Of a stretch of 64,000 nucleotides of DNA, positions 37,385-50,949 are shown piece by piece. How positions within the stretch are numbered: position 1 is the first letter of the stretch; the number at the start of each line of letters is the position of its first letter. Location of the stretch: contig MU057503.1 in NCBI GenBank assembly GCA_013265495.1, positions 558,001-622,000 of the forward strand. The letters run 5' to 3'. The translations under genes were made by a program, and so were the position numbers. Below the pieces are notes generated by a model. The model worked only from the letters and a program-made list of their open reading frames with translations, ran no database searches and was not told the origin of the DNA. Source of the stretch: Vicugna vicugna. Taxonomy: Eukaryota.

Positions 37385-38303
37385 AAACATACAACCTAAT
37401 TTGAAAATGGCCAAGGGACTTAAATAGACATTTGTTTGAAGAAGATCTATATCTGGCCAGTAAGGAGCACTTGAAAAGATGCTCAGCGTCACTAAACGTG
37501 GGAAATACATAACTGCAATGACATACCACTTCACACTCATTCGGGTGGCTATTATTTTTTAAAAAGCAGAAATTATCAAGTGTTGGTAAAAAAAAAAGTT
37601 AAAGCCAAAAAAATAATTTTTTTTAAATGTGTTCTTGAATTTCCAAAACACAAACAAATGTTGGTGAAAATGTGGTGAAACTGGAACCCTTGATCACTGC
37701 TGGTGGGAATGTAAAACGGTGCAGCTGCTGCAGAAAACAGGATGGTGGCTCCTCAAAATATTAAACAGCATTAGCATGTCACCCAACAACTCTACTCTGG
37801 GTATATATCCAAAAAAAGTGAAAGCAGGGACTCAGGTAACCGAACACCCACGTTCACAGCAGCATTATTCACAACAGCCAAACGAGGAAACCAAGTGTCC
37901 ATCGACGGATGAATGGATAAACAAAACGATCTGTATACATACAATAGAGTATTATTCAGCCTTAAAATTACGACAAATCCTACAACATTATGGTAAGTGA
38001 AATAGGCTAGCTACAAAAAGACAAATGTCCTATGATGCCACTTATATGAGATGCTTAGAGGAGTCAAATTCAGAGGGACAGAAGACAGAAAGGTGGTTGC
38101 CAGGGGCCGAGGGGAGGGAGGAACGGGGAGTTAGTGTTCAGTGGATACAGAATCTCAGTTTGGGAAGATGAAGTTCTGGAGATGGATAATACTGATGGTT
38201 CCACAACATGAATGTATGTGATGCAACTGAACTGTACATCTAAAAATGGTCAAAATGGTAAACTTTATTTTATGTATATTTTCCCACAATTTTTTTTAAA
38301 AAA
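37385..38303 (+). mobile_element. L1MB-like ORF2 C-terminal region plus 3' UTR
   Basis: aaaatggccaagggacttaaatagacattt, ctggaacccttgatcactgctggtgggaatgtaaaacggtgcagc, gcagcattattcacaacagccaa, gatgaatggataaacaaaa, gttctggagatggat...gaactgtacatctaaaaatggt. Degenerate, no intact frame. Confidence 0.85.
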
Positions 38304-38909
38304 GGCAGCACAACCTTGGCCTTAAACTCTAATAAGAAGCCTAATACAGACGGCAGATGGAAGGGACGCTGCTGTGGCTGGAGCAGGAACGGAGGGCTGA
38401 GATGTGTCCGCCCCGCTTGGCACCTCCTTGCTGCCTCCTGGACCGTGGACGCCACAGAGACACAGACCCGTCACAGAGGAGGGTCACGGCTGCATCTTAA
38501 AGTGCTTATGACCGGTTTCACTTAAGGAAAGGACTATTTACTCCTGGCTCTTACTAGTTACTCCTGGCTCTATTCTAGGAGGAACTCAGCAACAAGGGAA
38601 AATGCGATCATCAGCTCGCCCTCCGCCACATGTCAACACGGACGTGTTTTTACAGAAACCACTCGATATCCCAGTGGCAGAGGAGAACTATCAGGGGAAA
38701 GAGCAACATTAAGCCACGGGGACCCACATGCAATTATCATTAATGTCTCACATTTTCTGAGCCCTTTCTCATAATAACTCAATCCTGAAAATAATTCCAT
38801 CAAGAAGGTATGAAAGCAATTGTGTGATCTCCAATTTACAAATGAATGAACATAAAAAATTCAGTGGACATTATCCACAGAGAACAACAAAAGGGGGGCT
38901 GACTTGAGG

Positions 38910-39145
38910 ATAATAATCGCTAACACTGATTAAGGATTCTCTAATGCCACCGGCTCAAGGCTTTCTGTGGACTATTGGACTTCATACTTTCAACTCGCCT
39001 CTTCCATTGTACTTAACAGTTACTGCTACTATTACTCCTTATCATGGAAAGAAAATTGAGGCTCAGGGAGTATATAAATATACCAAAATTAAACAGCTTT
39101 AAGCAATGGACCATTCTGAAGCATCTTACCCCAGACCCTGCGCAC
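38910..39145 (-). mobile_element. MIR SINE
   Basis: ataataatcgctaacactgattaagg...gaaagaaaattgaggctcagggag. Confidence 0.5.
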
Positions 39146-39779
39146 TGAACTACGACTACTTCATCCTGCCCGTCTGGGTCCCTGACTCTGGCGTTTTGGG
39201 AAAAGCCTAGTCAATGCTTCCTTTCAGTCCTGGAAACATGAACAACTGATGAGTTTCCGCAGGTCACGGTGTTTTCTAACCCTGAGCTGAACTAACACTA
39301 ACAAAACTAATTAGTACTCTTAATCCCTAAGCATAAATGCAACAAGACACTATGACTTCAACTAAGAAGAGATGACTAGATTCTTTACAATCCTGTAAAA
39401 ATTTACATACATCCTCAAGACCGTTAGAATAAGTAGTCACATTTGGGCCGTTCTATTCAATTTCTCTTCTCTGGAGGCCGAAATAATCTGCTGATGGACA
39501 GAGCGCTGATGATTTGCTATACTTTTCTGAGAACTTCTTCAAAACTTTCTGAGGATGTCTGTTTACTCTCCAGACACAAGTGAGAGGAGCAATGCTTTGT
39601 GGTTTGTCAACAAGGCGTTCAGTCTGCAGGGCCGCCCCGCAGGCTGCGAGGGCTTTGGGTCAATTGAAACAGGTATTAATTTGGAAAAGCATCAAGCAGA
39701 GGCTCCAATGGGGCAACTCGAAAGGACAGGCAAGGGGAGGAGGGGCAGAGTCACAGCAGGGGAGGGAGGAGGGTCTTAC

Positions 39780-39945
39780 CGAGTTCTCCTTCAGCTGCAG
39801 CCCCTCCCCGTTGGGAAGGGAGGACCGTCTCTTAGCTGAGTTCCTGTTTGGAGTTGAGGTAATGGCCCCTGCTTTCTTCTTCACGGTGAGCACCTCACAG
39901 CTGGCTTGGTCTTCATTGTGTGTGCTCTTCCCAGCATTGATAACC
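39780..39945 (-). CDS. PPM1H: PPM1H coding exon (human exon 2 equivalent), 166 nt: (E)VINAGKSTHNEDQASCEVLTVKKKAGAITSTPNRNSAKRRSSLPNGEGLQLKENS
   Basis: On the minus strand: acceptor ctcttcctccAG|G GTT ATC AAT and donor AAC TCG|GTaaga. Contains the PP2C motif-1 'NED' acidic residues and the RRSSLP segment. Ends in phase 0, matching the start of the next exon. The peptide matches my recollection of PPM1H. Confidence 0.95.
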
Positions 39946-40957
39946 CTGGAGGAAGAGCCAGAAAAGCAGGTCAGACAGAGTGATGTCTGGGAAGCAGAGA
40001 GTCCCCCTGGTCAGCCCAGGCATAAAATGATATGCCAAACTGAATGCACAGGACCTTACAGTCCCGGTGGAGTAAGCGGAATTTTTTTAAAAATGGAATT
40101 CTATTAACACACGTTAAAACATTTCCTAAAGCATTGTTCTGAGCTCAGCTCACCTTTGCAGGTGTCTGATAGATGCGATCAACCCCACCAATCCATTTCT
40201 AGTCAAAACACACGAGACAGTCACTCTTTTGCCAATTACAATGAAGACAGATGGCTGGCTCAGGGAATTCTGTCGCATTTCTCCAAGTGATAAAGAGCAA
40301 AACCACCATCAATCTTATCTAAGAACAAGGCAGTCATTCACAGCACACTGTAAAATCCAAGGGGACAGAGGACTGTATTCCATGACCACTATTTACTTTA
40401 CACACAGAGAAGTGAATGGATCAAAGGTTTATCCTTTTCAAATTATCTGTACTCCTTTATCTTTCCTCCTGTAGAAGAACTGCATCGTCCCACTGGGTTT
40501 GGGGAACTTGGATTTGTCAGTGTGGCCATTATGATCTCATGGCATGTGGAAACTGCTTTGGTCAAATTACTAAATGTTTTGAGCGTAGGAATGTTTGAGA
40601 AAAATATGCTGCATCATTCATAGACATTTTTCTGTATCAGCTGACTCTAGACTGAACTTTTGGATTTCAGCATCATTTTCTTATTAGGTAATTAAGCAGC
40701 AACTAAAATAGATTTCCCGAAAGAAAGCTCTCCTTGACTTGCCATTGGCCGTGTTTTCCTTCCAAAATTTCAGCCGTGTCATATTAGGTGACACTGAGTG
40801 TGGAGGATACAGACTCAGTGGCAAGGGAAGAAGGATGCTTTTTTTTTTTTTAAGATTGATGGAAATCCACTTTAAAAGTGTGGTATACACACCACTCTAT
40901 TAATCTGGCTGTATTCCCTCCTAATAATTAAGTAGGAGATGATCATTTTCAAATAAC

Positions 40958-41170
40958 TTTTTTTTAAAACACTTTTAAATTCTGAAATACTTACAGGCTC
41001 AGAGTAAACTGCAAAAATAGTACAGAAGAGTCTCATGCACCCTTTACCCAACGTCCACCCCAAAGCAACACTGTTCATCACTATAGTACACTATCAAAAC
41101 AGGCATCTGACACTGATCCAACATTAGCAACCAGACTGCAGGCCCTATTCAAATTCCACCGCTTTTTGTA
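40958..41170 (-). mobile_element. Old L1M 3' end fragment
   Basis: gcaaaaatagtacagaagagtctcatgcaccctttaccca...ctatagtacactatcaaaac is typical of reverse-complemented L1MB/MC ends. Confidence 0.55.
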
Positions 41171-44100
41171 TCAAATGGCTTTCAATACTGAAAATTGTAA
41201 TCCAATTTCAACATTCACTTTAAATTTATTTTTTAAATGTATAAGCATTTTGGGAAAAAATGCAATCATTTAAAAGTTCATTCGCATCTGTTACAAGAGA
41301 ACAAATACATGCTAGTCTATACATTTGGGGCAGCTTTGGCGTAATTAGTCTTTTATCTTTTTCTCTTTTATTGGGCAATATCCCTTAATCGGAAGGAGAA
41401 CTATTTTCTAAAATTCAATTTGCAATTACTTATCTATGTGTTACAGGAAAAAGACTCCTCTATTATCTCTCTCTCTCTCTCTCAAATTTCTGTGTTAATC
41501 AAAACCGCTTCATCTGTCTGAGTTTACTATAACTTTCAATTTAAGCATTTTTTATAAACAAAAGCCTTTTACTTATTTTACATGTTACAGTTTTGTGAGA
41601 TATTTTTTAAGAAAGTAGACTGCTGCTGACAGAGTTTGAAAATCATTGTCCTTGGCACCCGTGTAAAGAGGTGGGAATCCCCGCTTATCTCTGTGAGGTC
41701 AAATCTGCCTCTGGGGTTGATCACACCCTCTTGGGGAGGAAGGGATGTTAGGGATTGAGGGGTAGGGAAAGCTCAAGGTCTAGTTTTCAGCCCCACCTTC
41801 ACTCTCTCTCCTTCTCTGAGGAGGCATTTTCATATGGTTTAAGAATCAAATGCAATTCTTAAAGACACAGTGAAGACACGCCACCTGTGCAAGACTATTA
41901 ATACCACCACGCGTACTGCCCAAGCTGAGTTAAGTCACTCCAGGTTCCCGAGCCGGGAAGTGGGGCAGCTGGGATTCTGAATAAGGCCTCCCTTGATCTC
42001 CAACCCAACCTCTTCCTGTTACATGTGGGGATCTGCGTCCACCTGTGGAGTGCACACTGGACTGTGGGGGGAAGCACGGAATAAGCAGACCAGGCGAGCC
42101 CGGGTCCACACCTGAGACTCGCAGCTTCTCTGGCTATTGGAGAAAGTGCTCAGGGGAAGGAGGAAGGATGGATGGTGCAGACCTGCCTGTCTCTAGAGGA
42201 GCCCAGGTGGAGTCGAGGGGTTTGCAGCTGGAGCTCCTAACGCAGAACACGCCTTTGTCTGGAGTCTCCCTTTCACACCTATCCTTGGAGAACCAGGCCA
42301 GGCAGAGGAGGGAGGTTCGAAATACCACCTTCCTCTCCTCAGTCGTGGATGGTGACTCCCCCAGGAGCACGTCTGGGTGGATGGTTTGCTGGATGGTGAT
42401 GTTATACCCCCACGGTCTCCCACAAGCATCTGCCCTTGGGAAAGCCGAAGTGGAGGTTCAGCTGGGAAAACAAGCTCATGACAACCGTCCCCTCTATACT
42501 GTCCTCTGTGCAAGGTCCTAGTTGCTATTTCTGGAACTTGGCATCACCCTGACCATTGGCACCTAAACTTACGCTTTAGTCAGGTCTTTTTTTTTTAAAA
42601 AAAAAAAACAACAAAAAAGGGCATCACTGATCTCCAATAGCTACGTGCCAGGCTGACTCATCTGCCACTGCTGTTTTCCAACAGTCAACAAAGCTACTAT
42701 AATTACCTAAGTCACGAATCACTGTCTCTTCAATGTGCTGTTATCTCCTACCTCTCTTGGTGGATATCAAACTCCAAAGTTGACCTAACTTGAGCAAGAG
42801 ACCCCAGAAACTTGACTTTCTGCATGAGACTTTATGCATGAGACAGACACCCAGGGCCTGGGAAGACGACGACTCTCACAAATCACACAGCTAAACACAG
42901 CAGAGCTGAGGACACACTTCCGAGTCGCCAGCTCTTTCTGCTTCAGCTCTCGGTTGTTTTAACTTTCCTATTGTGTGTCTATTCTTATCGGCCCTTGGCT
43001 GGGAGGGCTGTCCTGCAATGACTCGTCGAAGCCAGAGAACCGGAAAGAGCAACCGCTGGTGAACCTCCCTGGCCATTTCACGTGAACACAGCTTGTGAGT
43101 GGCACTAAGGCATGAGCCAAGGGTCAGAAACGTCAGCCCAGAGGGAAGACAGCAGCCCCAAGCCCAGGAGCCTGCTGGGTCAGATACCTGGTTATTACCC
43201 AGATGACAAAGGCATCTTAGTTTAAAGCCACTGTCTTTTTTTAAAAAACACAACTCTTGTCCCGTATTTCGTATTATTTCAAATTCCTGACCCCATACAG
43301 CTTTAGGAGAAAGCCCTAGTTCTTCTCAATTTACTTTGGCTTTATAAAGCTCGACCTCTATCACCTTAAATATTTCATTTTGTTCTTCAAAGGCAAATGC
43401 TTTGTTTACCAAATGTAAATAAACCCTCCAATTCTTCTAAAAATAAAATGAGAAAACTGTTTCCTGAGTTGAGAAGCCTCATGCTGTTAATAGATTCAAT
43501 CATTTTTTTCCTGTTAGCAGCTGTATCAGTAGCTCTGTTCCCTTCCTGTCTTGTGCTCCAGCATAAAGTCAGCACCATCTCGAGATGAACAGGAACCACT
43601 ATAAGATGCCCATTCTTTATCTACACAATACCCACCCGTGATGCTTATTTTGAAGACTTAAAAACAAAATGTTTTGTGAGGGGCCATGAATCATCAATTC
43701 TTTGGTGCCGTGATTTTCCAATTTCCTACAAAGGAGGAAAACATCTTCCTTGAAACTAAACTGGAGGTATTGAAGCACAGTGGTTAAGAACAGGGCCTAT
43801 CTCCCCAGAACACAGCACACAGCAGGTACTTAACAAACGTTTGTTGAATGAATGAATGATAACATTATCTGCCACTTCCTAGATGTGGAACAGTAACAGT
43901 ATTTTACATTTGTTGAGGACTAATTATGCCCAAGCATGAATAGTATTTATCTGCACCTGGCACACAGTGAGTACTCAGGACTATTACTGACTAATAAGAC
44001 ATCAAATACCAAGCTAGCTTCCTCTTCTTTTGGGCCCAGGGACTTCTAGCTGTGTGAGTTTGAGGGGAACCTCTTCTTTTCTGTCAGTGTCCCTCTGCTG

Positions 44101-45924
44101 GCCTCAAGGACACAGGGACACTTCCAGGCACCCAGAGCCTACAAGTGGCACAGCAGGACATTTGCCCAAACAAGGACCTTGAGCAAGGCCACCTGCTCCT
44201 CCGAGGCCTCTTCGTGAAATGACAGCAACACCCAAGGCACAGATGTGACGGTGCTCCGCACACAGGAGAGCAGCCAGGGCCGCGCCCCTTTGCCTTCCCA
44301 CCCAGGCCTGCCCGCAGACGCCACCTCTTGGCCCCCTGACCCCAGACTCAGCAGCTCAGGGCCCAGACCCACAGAAAAAGACCAAACAGAGAATTTGGCT
44401 TCATTTGATTTTTTTTTTTAGTATTATTCTATTGCTTTTTTAAAATTAATTAATTAATTAATTTCCTTTGTTTTTAAAGGAAATAAAAGCCTGAACAGTT
44501 TTGGCTAAAAAGTCGGCATGAAGTGTTAACACGACTAAGCAGGCAGTAATTACACTGGGTAAGAAGGAGCAAGCATTTCAGAAAAGCCATTGGGTGAAGT
44601 GAGACACTGCTGATTCGTATACAACTGAGAAGCAGACAGCAAAAGGCGGCAGGGGGCAGGGCCGGAAATCAATCATTGATGGAGGACCAAATAGAGCAAT
44701 TAATTATTAAAATTCCCTTTTCTAGGTAACTTCCTAGGCAATGTTCCATGTGATTTCTCTGAAGTGGTTGCTGACCACCCACATAGGTTGGAACATAAGG
44801 ACAACTTAATTCCTAGCTCCAAGGGAGTTAATAACCCTTCATTCTTGGTGTTCGGAAAACCGTGGCTCTGACTGGGAACCTCAGCCTTTGGTAACAGCCA
44901 CCAGCCACAACAGCCAGAACAGCCATTAAGAGTAACAGCTTCTCCCACGGGGCTTCTGCCACCTCTGGGTAGGAGGGGGAACAGGAGATCACCCCCATCC
45001 ATTTCGTTAACAGCCAGTCGGGTGTTACCAGGAAGAAGACAGGATGGAAGGAAATGAAGTTCTCTGTCCACCTCCTTGGCTTTTCCACGTTGGAAGGTGA
45101 ACACAGGCTGGAAAAGGGCACATACATGCAGGTCTGATCTCCCACCATGCAACCTGACACCTGGTCCCCAAGGCCGGTCCCTGGCTCATGAAGGGATGTG
45201 ATCAATCAGGGCTGCTATTTGAGGTCTCAAGGGCCACATTCAGCCCAAAGAAGGTTGGAATTTAAAAATTTTTTGCCCACAAAGTATTTTATAGAAGGTG
45301 AATTTTTACCTGCCTGTATTTAAAAACTGGAATATTTACACTAAAATTTTTACTTTTCTCTTAGAAAACAATACAGCAGGCTATACTTATCACACTCTTG
45401 TGTGACAATAATAAGAGACAGTCCATGTCCTCGTTGGCTAACCCCAGACCTCACTCTGTCTGCTTCTGCCATTTAAGTCACCAGCCTGGCCCCAAAGGCA
45501 CTGGATTCTGCACTGGATTCTCTTAGACTGAGCACCTGAAATTATTTTTGGAGGTCCAGAACAGTTGAATACTGACAATTTTATATTACTATACCTAGTA
45601 TATAAGTGAAGCAAAGAGAGAGAGATGGGGTTGGATAGAATTTAGTGTGCGTCTTTGTGTTACCTGTAACGTTAGCTTTGGATACACTCAATTGCTAGCA
45701 CTGGAGGGTCATCATTAGGTTCCAACACTCTCACTAACATAATTAAACAATTGATGATTAAAAAATAAATACTATGGATCAAAAGTAGGTATCATATTTT
45801 CCCGTAGATCTTCCCATGTAAACGTCAATGCTTTTGTCTTCACGTTGGCTGTTCAGAAATAAACTTTTATCAAGATTTGCAAATATTAATTACTATAGAT
45901 AAAAATAAATAAAAAACAAATTTA

Positions 45925-46240
45925 TTCTGTATAGCACAGGGAACTACCTTCAATTATCTTGGGAAAAAAAAAAAGAAAAAGGAATTTACCTCAACACAAT
46001 AAAGGCCATATATGAAAAGCCAACAGTTAACTCATCGTCAATGGGGAAAAGCTGAAAGCTCGTTTTCTAAGATCAGGAACAAGACAAGGACACCCACTGT
46101 CACCACTTCTATTCAACACAGTATTGGAAGCACTAGCCAGAGTATCAAAAATATAAAAATACTAAGGAAAATACTTAACCAAGGAGGCAAAAAAAACTTG
46201 AATGTGAAAAACTATAAACGTGGCTGAATGAAATTAAATA
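45925..46240 (+). mobile_element. Composite L1 remnant: short 3' UTR piece plus an internally deleted ORF2 reverse-transcriptase fragment
   Basis: ctgtatagcacagggaactac plus A-run, then tacctcaacacaataaaggccatatatgaaaagcc...ctaagatcaggaacaagacaagga...cttctattcaacacagtattggaag, the (S)[16 protein letters not shown] region of L1 ORF2. Confidence 0.8.
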
Positions 46241-47254
46241 AAACATATACACAGACAAAAGGAAAAAAAGAAATGAACTTTCAATGTAATAAAGGTAAAA
46301 ATCAGACAGCTGCCATTGGGCATTTCTTTTCAATTATTCTCTGTGTCCTTCTTGGCAAAACCATTAACGTTACTGAAGTCCAACTTCCGTATTTAAATAA
46401 GGAAGTCTGCGCTCTGTCAGATGCTGGAGCAATTCCCGTACTAGGCCACAGAGCAGCTCTGCAGGGGGCCCAGCGAAATCAAAATGAAGGCCTACCTTAA
46501 AAGGATTTCAAGTTGGGAAGTTCTGCATTAAATAAAGCAGAAAAAAATTCTTTGCAGGTTTAGAACAATATTACTTGCATAAAGCCATTAGCTTCTGTTG
46601 GCAATTAAGAAAAAAAAGCAATGTGCTTGAAGCCATCTCATTACTAAAGATAAGGTTTTTTTCTCTTTATTTGACCAGATACATCAGTACTTTGAGCAAT
46701 GTTAGAGAAATGTCTTTTCCAAAACAAAGCGAAAGTCGATTTCAAATGTGTAACCTAAAAAAAGTGAACTTTAAAAAGCCCAAAACTATTACAATGAAAC
46801 TAAAAGATGAAAGTACTCTCATCTCAACAGACATCAAATAAATTACGTACATTTTTAACCAGCAGTTTTCTCAGAAACCCCAGATCCCACCTTGGCTTTT
46901 CCCTTGCTCTGGGATAAAGAAAGTTCTGGGCCATCTAGAGCTCTGATTTTTTCCTTCTTAACCTTAAAGCAACACAGGATGAGCAGTTTTCTACAGAAGA
47001 GGATTGCTTGGTGGTCAGCAGGATAAATCTCTAACTTGGGAGTTCTGAATTCCTACTTTAGAAAAGATCTTTAAAACTGTGCTGCTCTGTCCTTCACTGG
47101 AGAGGTGAAGGCCACTTGTCCACCCTTCCTCAAATACGCTGGCCGTGACACCTGAACACACAAAGGAGCAGGAAACACCGAGGGTGGGGGTGAGGATGTG
47201 GGGTACAGGCAGACAGGTTTCTGCTAGAAATCTGGGAGGCAGCTGGGTGGAGCA

Positions 47255-47430
47255 GGTAAGAGCAGAGAGAGTCTGGAACCAGAGTCTCCAGTTCTAAATA
47301 CCAGCGAGGCCAGTAAGTAGCTGCATGACTTTCAGTAAGTTGCCTGGTCTCCTATCAGTAAGATGGGGACAATGAGCAGTTCTTTCCTAGAGTAGTTGTC
47401 TGACTGTTGGAAAACAGAAGTGTTTAAAGC
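47255..47430 (+). mobile_element. MIR SINE
   Basis: tctggaaccagagtctccagttctaaataccagc...tagctgcatgactttcagtaagtt...tcagtaagatggggacaat. Confidence 0.6.
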
Positions 47431-48913
47431 GCTTTCCAGCTCACAACTGAATTCATGCTTGTAACCCCAGGCACAAGAGAGGTGTGCCATTATCCTCATT
47501 TAATTGGCCCACCAATATCACATGGAACATGATTCAGTTAAATGTCCTAAACGAGCCATTTCTGGCATTTTCTCAGAGCAGCTGAGGTTTTAAGCAATGC
47601 GTTGTGTTCACACGAATGATGCTCTTGTAATTAATTGCACAACAGCCTATAAATAGAACACAGGTATTGCAAGAAGGAATTGCGACAGCACGTGGTTTCA
47701 GCGTGCCAACGTATCTTCCTCCCAGGCAAGCACAGTATTACTGCAAATGTACATTAAGAACAATAATTAATCTTCCCCTCATTACTTCAGACATTGTTTT
47801 TTAAAAAACACATTTATTTTTAACCAAAAATAATCTGCTTTGGGAAATCTTCACCTTTGTGTTACCTAACTTGTACAGAAAGTCTGTTTTGTTTCCAGAT
47901 TAAAGCCTGAATTTAAAAGAAAGAAAGAAAAATAGTCCTTTGAAAGCAGATTTTAATCTGATCAAACATTTTTACCTTTGTGCTCAGACCCACGGCAAAA
48001 CTCAGGCAGCAATCCAAGCCTCTCTAATTTCCAAGGGAAAGAACATGCTAGTTTAAGCCCTGAGGCCCTAGAAGGGCCAGTCTGTGTTCCATTTCAGACA
48101 AATTGATCTCTCTATGTTCAAAAACTAGAAAATACCATGAGACTTTGCTATGACCTTGAAGGAGACAAACGCACTGACAAGAATGTCAACTATTTACAAT
48201 CAGGTGCCCAACATCACCTTTAAGTAAAAAGGACAAGGTGGGCTCCCAACATTATTTCTTTTTGTTAAAGACAGAGATGTTTCCTAAAGCTGGATGTTGC
48301 TTTTGGCCACGTTCTGTCCCATCTCAAGTCACACAGCAGGGAGCAGGCAGGCAATCAATGTTCGCTGAATAAACAAGTAAACTCATATTCTCCATAACAT
48401 CCACGGGGGACACTAGGATAATGGATGAGTTCTCAGCCTGCCTATTTGTTTCATAAGGCTTGGAATACTTTTATTGGGGTTTCCCATCAATTTGCTTCAA
48501 GGAAAATAAATCTATGTTCCAAAGAAAAAAATTATTTAATTTTGAGTGCTAATGAACTTGGGAGCAAGACATGTCAAGTGTCCCCCAAACATCTCCAGCA
48601 AAGAAGTGGTTGATAAAATAGAGCCTAGAGCACCACTAGGTGGAATCTTAACCTGGGCTCGACTGCTGGCCTTATAACCAAATGGCAGCTGTGATGAGAA
48701 AGACAACTTCTGTTGTTCTGAATTGCTGCCTAGGCGTTTCACAGTGTGGCAACCCTGCTCACATCCAGAGACTGGACATTTAGAAAAGGGACTGAGTTTA
48801 GGATGCCCACTGTAAGTTCCTACTTTGCTTGTCCCAGGGCACTTAGAAAAATAACCACATAGAGTTGAGCCCAAGAAAATTAGTGACCTCCACCCTAATC
48901 ACTTTATACGTTA

Positions 48914-49048
48914 CAGTCAGCCCTCCTTATCCACAGATGTGAAATCTGCAAATACCCAGGGCCGGCTGTATTCCTTGAACTGTGGAATTGAGCATCCAGA
49001 GTCTAAAATCCATGGGAGGTCCTGGAACCAATCCCCAAGGGATGACTG
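48914..49048 (-). mobile_element. MER2-like Tigger derivative, internally deleted
   Basis: TA|cagtcagccctccttatccac at the left end; ttgagcatcc...gggaggtcctggaaccaatcccc...gggatgactg at the right end (inverted termini). Confidence 0.7.
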
Positions 49049-49869
49049 TCAGAGATGCTGGCTCCCCTGCTCTGAATCTCCTGCTTGCTGGTGACCTGGG
49101 ATGGAGGACCGCCCTTCCCCCAGCTCATGGTGCCTCCTTGACTCTGGAATCTGTAAATTATTAATCTTGTGACTGTACTTCCTGAAACTGTCTTCCATCA
49201 AAACAACCCAAGGGTTTCACTTCCCCAAAGTGGGAACTGGATGCTGAGGGAGCTACTGGCTACTCCAGTGGGTGTGACTTGTGCCTCCTCCTTCAGCGGG
49301 TCTTGATCTCCATCTTCTTAATTCAGCACACCAGCTCTGTTAACAGGGACAGCCTACACCAAGGTAGCCTTGGCCAGGATGGCCGTGCAGGAGGGAAACT
49401 CCAGAGGCCGAAGAGGGAGCCGAAAGTAGGAGAACGGCAGTTCTGACACAACCAGTTTAAAGCTGCCCAGCAGCGTCGTGAGTTCCGTCAGAAAGTAGGA
49501 ATTCCCTTTGCTGGAAAGATCCAAAAGTTGGTTGATCACCTTTCAGGGATAGTTGGAGGATCTCTGCTTGAATGGGGATTTTTAAGACTTCGTTTCCAAC
49601 TGTTGAGTGTGTATCTATCCCTACCCCCACCTCCAGTTAATGATAAATCTTAAAAGGCTTTACTAGCCAAAATTAATTTATTATGAAACATGGTTTCAGA
49701 GCAGTACTAGGATAATCCTCTGATACCTAGTAAACCAAATCTGACATATGTTAAGTCTCTATACAAGAGGAATTTGATTAACTCCAACGTCCCTAGCCAG
49801 CCCTTTAATGGGGGAGGGGGGGTGCGAGTGAACCTCAAAGGCTGCTGTTCCCCAGGGCTCCCATTTGGT

Positions 49870-50670
49870 TCTTCATTCTACCAAATTTGCCCTGGAGATT
49901 GCTATTCCCAAGGCTTCATTTAAGATCTCAGCAGTAAGTAGTGCCTTTTTCACATCTACAGTAGAGATCTCTGGGGTGCCTGACCTGCATCTCCAACTGC
50001 CTTCAGAAGACCGGCATTTGCATATGGCACACTTTCAAGCTACCCAAACCTGTACACATTTTCTCCTTCTTTCTGCTGTCTATTTCCGTCTCAAATACCA
50101 TCCTCCTCCTGGTGTCCGGTCTTAGCAGACCAAGAATTCCAAAGGATGTCCCTGCCCTCCTAGCATCTGATTCGCACCCACATCTAGTCCCTCAGCCTGC
50201 AGATTCTACCTCACAACCGTGATTAGATCCCCGACTCAGGCCCTCAGAGCATCCTCCAGGCGCCACTGCATAAACCACCTAACCAGATGTCCCCTCCTCC
50301 AGTAAATCCTGGAGAGCGTAGCAAGACTGACCGTTCTCAGCCCTCAGTATGGCCGTGTCTCTCCCATGTTCCAAGTCCTTCCAATGGACTCTGAAGACAT
50401 CAGGGTAAAACATGAACTCCTTAGCTTGCCACACAAGGATCTTCTTGGTCCGGCCCCGTCCGTATCTTCGGCTTTCCCATCTGCTCTCCTCACACCTGTT
50501 CTCAGCCACGAAAGCCAGCCTGTGGTTTACAGAACACAGTGTAGCCACATGCCACAACTCCCTCACATGCGCCTCTCCCGCTGCCTGGAATGATCTATCC
50601 TCCTCCCCGTCTGACACATGCCCTCTGGCTCTCAACACTCAGTTTAAGGACCACATCATCCAAAGGCTGT
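49870..50670 (+). mobile_element. L2 fragment
   Basis: cagggtaaaacatgaactccttagcttgccacacaaggatctt and ctctcccgctgcctggaatgatct...ctctcaacactcagtttaagga. Confidence 0.55.
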
Positions 50671-50719
50671 TTCACATGCACATTTTTACTGTCGTTCTTA
50701 ATCATTGCAACGGACCGGT

Positions 50720-50915
50720 AAGTAGTGCGATGGTGACACTGATGGAAATGACCAGAAACTTGGACTGGTTTCCTAGCTCTGCCACATACTAGTTGTGTGA
50801 CTTCGGTAAATTACTTGACCTTCCTACAACTCAGTTTCTCTAGCTATAAAACTGGGCTACTGTGAGGATTAAGAGAATGAATACAAATGTAAAGTGCTTA
50901 GCAAAGATGTGGCAG
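50720..50915 (+). mobile_element. MIR SINE
   Basis: tcctagctctgccacatactagttgtgtgacttcggtaaattacttgacct...ctcagtttc...gtaaagtgcttagca. Confidence 0.75.
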
Positions 50916-50949
50916 AGACCATGTCTTACATGTCCAGACACACTTTCTT

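Noticed and set aside
37719..38000. 93-aa ORF with L1 ORF2-like words (KCPSTDEWINK)
   Set aside because: Frameshifted remnant of an L1MB element, not a gene.
38539..38571. Short direct repeats (ttactcctggctct x2; also cactggattct x2 at ~45500)
   Set aside because: Ordinary micro-duplications with no sign of function.
39580..40107. 175-aa plus-strand ORF
   Set aside because: Antisense to exon 2, non-ATG start, no recognisable protein features.
48629..48648. Second CTCF-like motif ccactaggtggaa
   Set aside because: Mismatch at the conserved GGC position; too weak without data.
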